Source: Bacillota bacterium
Lineage (GTDB): Bacteria > Bacillota > Clostridia > Acetivibrionales > DTU013
Assembly (NCBI GenBank): GCA_023409615.1
Contig: JAEYRF010000163.1
Location: 1-62,663, forward strand
Reading direction: 5' to 3'
DNA: 62,663 bases
In this document: piece by piece, positions 18,919 to 30,635 of the stretch
Position numbering within the stretch: the first letter of the stretch is position 1
Layout: the number at the start of each line of letters is the position of its first letter
Notes under the pieces: model-generated
The model's database searches: none
The model's input: only the letters and a program-made list of their open reading frames with translations
What the model was told of the DNA's origin: nothing
Program-made: the position numbers and the translations under genes

Positions 18919-19030
18919 CAATAATACGCTATACAATTGACAAACTAAAGTATCTATATGAATAATTTTGTTAATTCAACCCAGTCCAAGGTACAATATT
19001 ATCTCAATATCATGAATAAGTCATTGAGTG

Positions 19031-20070
19031 TTAAGTATGATCAATTATTACCATATCTGCCTCGAATGAATCCAATACAATACAATTGCTGTATACTTTT
19101 CCTGTCAGCAAGCTTTTTGCTGTACCTGCGAAATTTATTGAACTTACCTTGTTTAGAGTATTTACATAAATAATTTTATCATCTCCTATGCGTCTGGCAA
19201 CAACACCTTCCGGAGTCTCAGGACCTTTTTCAATGTTAAGCCTGTCACACAGTACTGTCAGCAGAGCAGCTATAATTTTCCCATCTGCCGGAATCGCAAT
19301 GTACATGGCTGTACCCTTGCCGTACCGGTTAACCGATATTGCACAATTACTTTCCTGAACGCCTGTAAAGTCTCCTATACTCGTTGCAGTATTCAGTTCT
19401 AATATTTCATAATAGTCAATCTCCGGCTCAAAATCCAAGCCATTGAAATGGATACCAAGCTTCTCCCTGCGAATACTGGGATCCTTCTTGTCAATGCCTC
19501 CTTCATTTACATTGCCGACATGGGAGCAAGTCCTTTCAAACGCATTTGCTCTTATACCGAAAACATCGCTCAGCATACCAGGCATCGGAGTATCAAAAAC
19601 CTGGTTATTTAGATCAACCTTTGCAGAATATGCAGTCATTACAACCGTTCCGCCGCTTTTTACGTACTCTCTTACTGTTTCAGCAGATTTCGGGTCCATG
19701 AGGCAGTGTCCGGGTATGAAAATCAGCTTGTAGTCTTTTTTTACATGCCTGAGGTCTATGATATTGCAGTCCAGATTGGAGTAAAACAGTTGCTTGTATG
19801 TATCCATCAACTGTTTGTAATAATCGGTTTTATAGTAACTCTTATTGTTTACAGAAACTTTTAAGCTTTCAAATGAATAGGCAATACCTATTTCGGGCTC
19901 AATCTCCCTCGGCAGGGTATATTGGCTTATCTTTTGAAATTCTTCCGCTATCTGCTTGAATTCGTAATATTTTCTACCGGGAAGACCGTCATGATCCAAT
20001 AGTCCGAAGAGGTACTGTTCTTCACCTCCGAGCATACTTCTCCATGTCCACGCCACAGTAGCCTGAGAAC
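19031..20070 (-). pseudogene. GH42 beta-galactosidase, C-terminal fragment (IS-disrupted)
   Basis: Reads ...ATVAWTWRSMLGGEEQY... then the GH42 trimerisation and C-terminal domains (LIFIPGHCLMDPKSAETVREYVKSGGTVVMT). The frame continues exactly from the N-terminal fragment once the IS and one TSD copy are removed. Confidence 0.85.
20061..20070. repeat. Target-site duplication, left copy (GCCTGAGAAC)
   Basis: Identical 10-mer at 21580-21589, immediately outside both IS ends. The flanking bases differ on both sides. Confidence 0.9.
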
Positions 20071-21579
20071 CACGGTGAAATCATGAAGCCATAAATTTAC
20101 AAAACAAAATATAGAAGCGACATAAAATGACCTGAAACCATTGTAAAGACTCGTGTTTATGGTCATTTTTTGTTGCAATTAGAAGGAAAATGTTATATAA
20201 TATATATAAAATATAACATAAAAGGTAATACGTGTATGTACGAAGGAAAATTCTTTGAAAGCTTCGCAATCGTTGAGGATCGACGTGAACAAGGTAAAGT
20301 CCACCATCGGCTCATAGATATTGTCTTCATTGTTGTAACTGCTGTCATTGCAGGGTGCAACGAATGGAAAGAGATAAAATGGTGGATTGATATGGAGGCA
20401 AATCAAAAGTGGATCAAAAAGTATATTGAACTGGCAAATGGTGTACCGTCCCTGTCCACTATCGGCCGTCTTTTCAACATTATCTCACCAAAACAATTTG
20501 AAAAATGTTTTGCATGCTGGATGCAGCATGTAGTTCGTCCCGCTGATCAGGATATTGTCAGTATTGATGGTAAGACCATGCGCGGATCTGTTGATGGGGA
20601 CAAAAGAGGCGCTCACATTGTCAGTGCGATCTGCCGATCCCACAGTTTGGTTATCGGCCAGGTTAAGGTGAATGAAAAGACCAATGAAATCAAAGCTATA
20701 CCGGATCTCTTAGATATGCTTTACATCAAGGGTTGCATTGTTACCATCGACGCAATGGGGTGCCAAAAGGCAATAGCAGAAAAGATTATCGACTGTAAAG
20801 CAGACTATGTGCTCAATGTTAAAGGGAATCAGGAAAGCCTGAAAAGCGATATTATTGCATGCTTTGAAGAGGGAGTAATGGTAAAGAGAATGGAAACCCT
20901 AAAGCAGGAAAACAAAGAAATAAAGAAACCTGCCGGCGATGCCGCCCTATCCATGATCAGAACCCTCGATTTTGGACATGGAAGAATTGAAAAACGCACC
21001 TATTGGTACACCCAGGCTATCGATTGGATGCTGGATGCGAAAAAGGATTGGAAGAAGCTTGCAGGGGTTGGCATGGTGATGCGGGAAACAGAGATTGGAG
21101 AGATAAAAACCAGTGAGATAAGCTATTTTATTGGCAGCATAAGTGACATTAAGAACTTTGAGAAAGCAGTCAGAAATCACTGGCAGATCGAAAGCATGCA
21201 CTGGGTATTGGACGTCGTCTACAAGGACGATGCGAATCGCACCAGAAAAGGCACAGCACCGCAAAACATGGCTGTTTTGAAAAAGGCTGCGCTGAATGCG
21301 ATCAAAAAGGATACGCAGGTAGCAGGGAAATTATCCGTAAAAGGGCGAAGATTCAAGGCTGCGCATGACATGAATTACTTGGACTACATAGTAAGATTGA
21401 ATTTTATTGATTAACTTTGCACAAAGGCTGGGCTAACACTCGGTTTGACTAATATAGGTCGGCGGCTTGTTTCAGACGGGCAGCCAATAGGTTGATAAAA
21501 AAGAACATGTCCGAAAGGACATTTTAAAAATCTCTTATGTGAGAGAGTAGGAAGATACTGGGTTCATGATTTCGCCGTG
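20071..21579 (+). mobile_element. ISAs1-family insertion sequence, 1509 bp, apparently intact
   Basis: Terminal inverted repeats CACGGTGAAATCATGAAGCC (20071-20090) and reverse complement CACGGCGAAATCATGAACC (21561-21579). Single transposase ORF with an internal terminator hairpin ATGTCC-GAAA-GGACAT followed by TTTT (~21505-21526). Flanked by a 10-bp TSD. Confidence 0.9.
20236..21414 (+). CDS. ISAs1-family (H-repeat-associated) DDE transposase
   Basis: N-terminal DDE_Tnp_1_assoc-type signature EDRREQGKVHHRLIDIVFIVVTAVIAGCNEWKEI. C-terminal NHWQIESMHWVLDVVYKDDANRTRKG. The start is set at MYEGKFF (ATG 20236). Confidence 0.9.
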   Translation: MYEGKFFESFAIVEDRREQGKVHHRLIDIVFIVVTAVIAGCNEWKEIKWWIDMEANQKWIKKYIELANGVPSLSTIGRLFNIISPKQFEKCFACWMQHVVRPADQDIVSIDGKTMRGSVDGDKRGAHIVSAICRSHSLVIGQVKVNEKTNEIKAIPDLLDMLYIKGCIVTIDAMGCQKAIAEKIIDCKADYVLNVKGNQESLKSDIIACFEEGVMVKRMETLKQENKEIKKPAGDAALSMIRTLDFGHGRIEKRTYWYTQAIDWMLDAKKDWKKLAGVGMVMRETEIGEIKTSEISYFIGSISDIKNFEKAVRNHWQIESMHWVLDVVYKDDANRTRKGTAPQNMAVLKKAALNAIKKDTQVAGKLSVKGRRFKAAHDMNYLDYIVRLNFID

Positions 21580-21589
21580 GCCTGAGAAC
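21580..21589. repeat. Target-site duplication, right copy (GCCTGAGAAC)
   Basis: Identical to 20061-20070. Confidence 0.9.
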
Positions 21590-22574
21590 GGTATATAAGC
21601 GACAGGTATGCATACATTCGCATAGCTCTTTTTGGGCATGCGTAACCTCCGAAAGTACCCGTCTGAAATTCAAGGCACCAAATAGGCGAATCCTTTTCCG
21701 AAATTCTGTGGTCATTGAAAAAGCAAGCTCCTATAACTGCATCGACATCCTCCGGATTTGTACCCGGGTAAAAGCCCACTCCCGGTATATCTATAATATC
21801 TTCATAGTCCCTGAGGTAGTCAAAGCCTATATCTCTGCTTTCAGCCCAGTGGTTTGTTGATTCTCTTACACCCGGAGCAAATTTCTTCACAATCTGACTC
21901 AGACCGTCCAAATATTCTATTAGTTCATCCGAGTAAAAACGGTTCAAGTCAAGACACCTCTCCGGAGAAGGATTGACAATTGCAGAGGCTGGCAGAGAGA
22001 CTTCTTTGAAGTTATTAACCCTCCTTGACCACCTCTGCGATGCCCAAGCCTTATTCAAATCTCCAACATTTTCATATTTCCTTTCAAGCCATTTAACAAA
22101 CCTCTTCCGGACTTCCTCTGAGCTGGACACAAAGCCCGATCCCAGCTCATTACACAGTCCAAAAGCCAGAAGTGCGGGATGTGATCGGTATCTTTCAACA
22201 AGCGTTCTGGCATATTTATATGCATACTTCTGAAAAACCGGATTTCCGATATCCTCCATATATCTTGCATGGGGTTCCTGTGATTTACCATACAGGTCGG
22301 TTATATTTATTGAAGGATACTTCTTATGAAGCCAGATGGGAGCCGGACGAGTTGCTATATCAAGCACGACCTTAATTCCAGCTTTGTTAAAGAGGTCCAT
22401 TACGTGGTCGAACCACTCAAATCTATAAACACCATCCTCAGGCTCAAAGCTGTCCCAGCAAAGGTGTCCTAGCCGTACAATATTGAACGAGGCTTCTTGC
22501 ATCATTTTGATATCGACCTCCCACCTATCCTCGTTCCAGTCATGAGGGTGGTAGTTTGTACCGATATATAACAT
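21580..22574 (-). pseudogene. GH42 beta-galactosidase, N-terminal catalytic fragment (IS-disrupted)
   Basis: GH42 motifs GTNYHPHDW, FGLCNELG (acid/base region) and WCLEFQTG (nucleophile region). The tracked ORF 21564-22574 runs 5 codons into the IS end and stops. RBS AAGGAG. Confidence 0.85.
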
Positions 22575-22645
22575 GTATTATCACTCCTTAATCATTTTTG
22601 ATATTTCTCATATTTTCTCACTCAATCTTAGATTTATCATTATCC

Positions 22646-25720
<3,075 letters not shown>

Positions 25721-25831
25721 TTATTCTGTGATCTATTGCCACAGCATTAATTTTATATTTACCCTCCTTTTAGATTCAATGTGATATGTGATATACTTTT
25801 TATGATATTTGAGCGTTTAGGAGAAAGGGTC

Positions 25832-26668
25832 ATGCAGGTGGATATTCCGTCAGGCACGCACATGCAATATAGACTATTGGGGGACAGCAGTTCGAAAGAA
25901 CTGATCGGTATCGGATTCATGAGAAAAGATGAGGGGAAGGACTTTGAAGATGCCTGTACAAATGACTTCTCTATAATCTATGTTTTATGCGGAAGCGGGA
26001 AATATGTTGATTACAGGGGAAAAACCTGGCCAGTTACCCAGGGAAGCTTTTTTATGCGGTTTCCTAATCTCATTCATACAAATATGATTGAGCCCGGAGA
26101 GGAATGGTATGAGCTGTTTCTTGCTTTCGGGCCCCAACAGTGCAAGGCGTTTATCGATATGGGATTCTTGAACCCGGACCAGCCGGTCGGGTTCATAGGG
26201 AGTCAGCCAGTACTGGCTAACCGGGCATGGGAGTTATTAAATCGGTTGCAAAAAGCAGATCAGAGCGAAATTCCCAATATTTTTAATTCCATATCAGGCC
26301 TGCTGTTTGATATGCTGGAAATCAACAAACTTGGCGGAAAAACACGAGAGAATGTTATGCTGGTTGAAAAGGTCAGTGAATATATTTCTGGTAATCTTCA
26401 AAAAAGAATCACGATTAATGATATCTCACATCAATTCGGAGTAAGCAATTCAAAGCTTAGAAAAAATTTCAAGCAAATAAAAGGAGTGTCCATTGGTAAT
26501 TATCTAATCCGCAAACGGATTGAAGAAAGCTTCAAATATTTGTGTAACCCGGATATTTCAATTGGCGAAATAGCTGAAAAATTGGGATATAATAATATAT
26601 ACGACTTTTCAAACCAGTTCAAGAAGTTGACGGGCCATCCTCCCAGCCATTATAGAAATATCATTTGA
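25832..26668 (+). CDS. AraC family transcriptional regulator (cupin-like N-terminus + HTH), divergent from lacZ
   Basis: C-terminal AraC HTH (ISIGEIAEKLGYNNIYDFSNQFKKLTGHPPSHYR). The ATG at 25832 is preceded by AGGAGAAAGGG; the tracked start at 25781 is rejected. Confidence 0.85.
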   Translation: MQVDIPSGTHMQYRLLGDSSSKELIGIGFMRKDEGKDFEDACTNDFSIIYVLCGSGKYVDYRGKTWPVTQGSFFMRFPNLIHTNMIEPGEEWYELFLAFGPQQCKAFIDMGFLNPDQPVGFIGSQPVLANRAWELLNRLQKADQSEIPNIFNSISGLLFDMLEINKLGGKTRENVMLVEKVSEYISGNLQKRITINDISHQFGVSNSKLRKNFKQIKGVSIGNYLIRKRIEESFKYLCNPDISIGEIAEKLGYNNIYDFSNQFKKLTGHPPSHYRNII

Positions 26669-26680
26669 TATAATGCTCAA

Positions 26681-26724
26681 AAAAAGTGAGCCCCATTTTG
26701 ACCTTTTTCAGGAAAATGGAGCTC
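26681..26724 (-). terminator. Terminator retained behind the SBP gene remnant (may also serve the convergent AraC gene)
   Basis: Stem GAGCCCCATTTT (26688-26699) / AAAATGGAGCTC (26713-26724) with one mismatch. The minus strand continues with T7 (plus-strand A run 26681-26686). Confidence 0.65.
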
Positions 26725-26750
26725 AAATTTAATTACTGTTTTGCTTTTAC

Positions 26751-26930
26751 TTAATTGTAAAATTCAGTATACTCTTTTACAATCTGATCATATCCGGCAT
26801 TTTTAAGCTTTGCTTTGAATTCTTCCAATGTAGCATCAAATTTATCAGGAGAGCAGGTAACCAGTTTAACGAAGTATTCTTCTCTTATAATACTGATTTC
26901 AGCATTCTTCTCCGTAAATGTAGGCGCAAC
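26751..26930 (-). pseudogene. 3' remnant (last 59 codons plus stop) of an LplA/LipO-type SBP gene
   Basis: Translates to VAPTFTEKNAEISIIREEYFVKLVTCSPDKFDATLEEFKAKLKNAGYDQIVKEYTEFYN*. This aligns by eye with the C-terminus of the SBP at 54452-56251 (EEYSWKMIFCGSDAKFDALWDEMVEKMIGNGYEE). It has no start codon or N-terminal part. Confidence 0.65.
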
Positions 26931-28165
26931 GAATTTTTTGTTCTTTCCACCTTATCCAGAACCTCTTTCACAAAGCAAAGCCATTCAGTATGAATACATC
27001 CTGTAAACCGCTTTTCGAATTCGTATGCTTTCAGAATGTAAAACAATGCCTGTCCACATAGATAGGAACTGTGTCCTGGTGTGGGAAGCACATCAAACCA
27101 CCACCCATTATTATTCCATTTCCCGTCGCTACATGCATCATATGGTAACCCTGAATTCGGATTCATAGAGTTATTTACAATATTACAAATACAGGATAAC
27201 GCTTGCCGGCGCATTGGATCATCACCAATACGAAGAGCAGCCATTAGCATGGGAACAGCTACAGATAATCCATTCGTCCAGCTCAGAGATAATATTTTAT
27301 TCAGTCGGATGCCACCTGTGCTTCTATCTTCAAACACCTGCCCGGCATAGCTTAAATCCTCTGGAAGCCATGCATCCTCATAAACAGCTCGTGCCAGGTC
27401 TGATACAGCGGTATGAATATCTCCGGTTCCTCTAGGCTGTTGGTGGAACTGATAATAAACTGTCTCAATCGCTTTGTTGACATCCAATTCCGATTTAGCA
27501 TCATAGTCAAACAGTTTTAAAGACAGCTCTATTGTTTCTCCCTGCTGTAGTTCAAAACAATTATCCCCCAACGGCGATCTCTCCAGGATTCTATATGCAT
27601 TAATAAACATCAGCGGTGCATTTTCATACCCAAGTGTGTATCCTATAGTTCCCTTGTCAATGGAACAAGAATAGCCGCAATATTGATAGAATTCACCCTC
27701 ATTGCCTGGCATCCATTGCTGCTTAATTCCATTATGGTATATAAAATAAGGACTTGCGGACAGACCCGTTATTCTATCTGTATTAAAAACTAAAGCTGCC
27801 GGATGCGATAAACGGTCAGATCTCATCATCCACCATGGGGATGAAGGACGTGATGGGCTTCCCTCCCTCAATCTTGGAAACTGGACCGGAACATTTTGTG
27901 GAGCTTCACCACGGTTCCTGCCGTACATAAATGCCGGCAGGAAAAAACGAGGGTTCTGTTGGCGAAATGGTAATTCAATATGAATTACGCCTGACCATAT
28001 TGAATTATTTAAATTTGATATGCTAATCTTGATTTGATAGGGGTTTTCTGAACTCCCATCTCCTCCTAGCAACTGCATTTCCCTTTGCAAGCCGTGTTCC
28101 TCTAATGGTAAATAATCTGTAGTAACGCCTGCTTTACCTCGTGCAGTCAAATTTAATTTCATCAT
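26931..28165 (-). pseudogene. Truncated paralogue of the 668-aa unknown protein (about the first 412 codons only)
   Basis: Collinear with 14915-16149 at a constant offset of 12016 nt. Homology stops abruptly at 26931. The frame then runs 14 unrelated codons (LRLHLRRRMLKSVL) to a stop at 26885-26887. Confidence 0.85.
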
Positions 28166-28198
28166 TCGAATCACTCCTATGCTCTCTTCTTTTAGGGG

Positions 28199-30550
28199 TT
28201 ATAGTCTTATCGCCTCTTCATTCCCCTTGTATGAAAAATCAATAGATTTCGGGTCCTTCCCACTTTCAATTAACGTGATCTTAAATTGCTCCTGGTATTT
28301 GTATTTACCACATGACTTTCCAAATAGCAACGTTTTCGAATGGTCATTGAAGCTGAGAGGAATCATCGAATAGTTACCATTTTCATAAGAATAGTCATCT
28401 CCCTCGTCATTATATAGGGTAAACTCTCCGTCCCCTCCGCCGTAAATAATAACTTCCGAAATTTCTCCGTTTTTTTCATCCGCATACATAAGAGGCTCAG
28501 ATACCGGTATAATAGAACCCGCCTTCACAAAAAGCGGCAGGATATCCAATGTTGCTTTGCATGTCACAGTCTGTCCGCCTTCATAGAACGTATTGGTCCA
28601 GAAATCATACCAACCGGTAGCTTTTGGTAAGTACACCTGCTTTGTTTTCTCAGTATTCGAAAGCAGCTCACTGTTTGTCTCATAATACATAGATTCAGTT
28701 ACCGGACAGACAAGAAATGACCTTCCAAACATAAAGCTGTCGCCTAATTCCTTCACATTCTCATCCTGTGGAAAATCAAACATCAGACTCCTCATTATGG
28801 TAGTATTGTTTTGATATACCGCCGCCGCTGTCGAATATATATAAGGAAGAAGTCGATACCGCAATTTGATGAATTTGAGGATCGTATCATAAAATATGTC
28901 TCCCGGGCTTCCAAAATTCCATGGCTCCCTTGGCGTATCCGTGCCATGAGAACGGAATACAGGAAGAAAAGCGCCAAGCTGAAGCCATCTGACATAAAGC
29001 TCTCTATACCCGAGATCATTTACACCTTCATTGTAATCTCCATCCCAGAACCATAATTTATTTGTAGTTTCACTGCAATTACAGCCTCTGTTTTTATATT
29101 TATCCTTCACAGTAAAAAATGCGCCTATATCTAATGTCCAGTACGGCATACCGCTCATGGAGATTTTAATTCCCTCGGCAATCTGCTTTCTTAAAGTAGA
29201 CCAATTAGCACTAATGTCCCCGGACCATAGAACCGTTCCATATCTTTGTCCGGAAACGTAGGACGAACGTGTCAGATTTGTAACACGCTTTTCATTATTG
29301 GTTTTACGCCAGTTCTCATAAATACCCTTCGCATGGTAGAGTCCGTAAGAATTCACTCGTGTCCAGTCCATATGCATTTTTGATTCATCAACGATCATCT
29401 GGTGACGTAGTTCATCGGGCCTTTTTGTCTCTCCGTTCCAATCGACATCCGAAAACGGCTCAGCATTATCACACCACCATGCATCAACACCTGCCGAGAA
29501 CCATTCCTCCCGGCATTGTTTCCAGTAAACTGCCCTTCCATCTTCATCATATGCATTATACGTAGTTGAGTTTGGTAATAGCAGCCCCTTCTCCCTCATT
29601 TCCCTGAGGTTGCTGCCACCTTCCGCCATGTTAGGCCAAATTGAGACCATAAGCTTGACCTTCTCTTCATGAAGCTTGTCAACAAGCCCTTTCAAGTCAG
29701 GGTATCTATTTTTATCAACGCGTTTTTCTCCCCATAGTCCCTCTTCCCAGGTAAACCAATCCTGCACAATACAATCGATTGGAATGCCGGATTTCCGAAA
29801 CTGCGATACGGTACTAATAAGATCTTCGGAGGAATTATACCGTTCCTTGGATTGAACATAGCCAAAGGCCCATCTCGGCAGCATAGGCGCTCTTCCTGTA
29901 AGAGACCTCAGATCACTGATTATTTCCTCAAAGTTACTTCCTGTAATGACATAATAGGAGAGTTCATTTGTCGTATCAATTGTAAATGTCATTTTTCCAT
30001 GCTTGCAGTCAAATATAACAGCGCTTTCCGTATCAATAAGGATACCGTAATTTCTAGACGACAGTAAAAAAGGAACAGAAATCTTCATGTTTGTTTGAAA
30101 CAGATATTCCTGCTTTCCATTGTAATTGTATATGCCATCCTCATGTTGGCCTAACCCGTAAATACCCTCGTCTTCTGTTATGGAAAAAATAATCTTCCCT
30201 TCATATGCCGTACCTGCAAATTCCCGTACGGCATTATCAATATAAGACACCTGGCCGTTCGCTGTCTGTTTATATTTGACCACCGGCTCCCCGTCAACAA
30301 AATACCGATATATCTCCTTTTCCGCCAGACTATGTTCGGTTTCTTCCAAAACAACCTCACCTTGTTTATTTTTAAAAAGGATGTGATCAGCATCCAGCTG
30401 GTATTGATCAGATTCATTATTGCTCTGCGGCATAAATTCATCTGCTATAAGAATACCGTTACCGGGAGCCTCCGTGCTGTGATTATACACTACTCTGGTG
30501 ATATTTTCCGTTAACGGGATAATATGGACAAACAACGAATTCTTTTTCAT
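28199..30550 (-). CDS. GH31 family alpha-glycosidase, copy 2 (paralogue of 16183-18534)
   Basis: Same GH31 motifs and >90% aa identity by eye to copy 1. The start is set at MKKNSLF (ATG 30550, RBS GAAAGGA), matching copy 1. Confidence 0.85.
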   Translation of the reverse strand: MKKNSLFVHIIPLTENITRVVYNHSTEAPGNGILIADEFMPQSNNESDQYQLDADHILFKNKQGEVVLEETEHSLAEKEIYRYFVDGEPVVKYKQTANGQVSYIDNAVREFAGTAYEGKIIFSITEDEGIYGLGQHEDGIYNYNGKQEYLFQTNMKISVPFLLSSRNYGILIDTESAVIFDCKHGKMTFTIDTTNELSYYVITGSNFEEIISDLRSLTGRAPMLPRWAFGYVQSKERYNSSEDLISTVSQFRKSGIPIDCIVQDWFTWEEGLWGEKRVDKNRYPDLKGLVDKLHEEKVKLMVSIWPNMAEGGSNLREMREKGLLLPNSTTYNAYDEDGRAVYWKQCREEWFSAGVDAWWCDNAEPFSDVDWNGETKRPDELRHQMIVDESKMHMDWTRVNSYGLYHAKGIYENWRKTNNEKRVTNLTRSSYVSGQRYGTVLWSGDISANWSTLRKQIAEGIKISMSGMPYWTLDIGAFFTVKDKYKNRGCNCSETTNKLWFWDGDYNEGVNDLGYRELYVRWLQLGAFLPVFRSHGTDTPREPWNFGSPGDIFYDTILKFIKLRYRLLPYIYSTAAAVYQNNTTIMRSLMFDFPQDENVKELGDSFMFGRSFLVCPVTESMYYETNSELLSNTEKTKQVYLPKATGWYDFWTNTFYEGGQTVTCKATLDILPLFVKAGSIIPVSEPLMYADEKNGEISEVIIYGGGDGEFTLYNDEGDDYSYENGNYSMIPLSFNDHSKTLLFGKSCGKYKYQEQFKITLIESGKDPKSIDFSYKGNEEAIRL

Positions 30551-30635
30551 GCTCAGTATCCTTTCTGACAACTATTTTTATAGAAACACATGATAGTACC
30601 TTCTTATATCTAGAGCTAGTAATATCAGTATTTTT

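Noticed and set aside
20170-20235. 22-codon 5' extension of the transposase ORF in the track.
   Set aside because: The extension is AT-rich (ATATATAAAATATAAC). ISAs1 transposases begin near the FESF..DPR-like block, and the ATG at 20236 gives the typical ~390-aa length.
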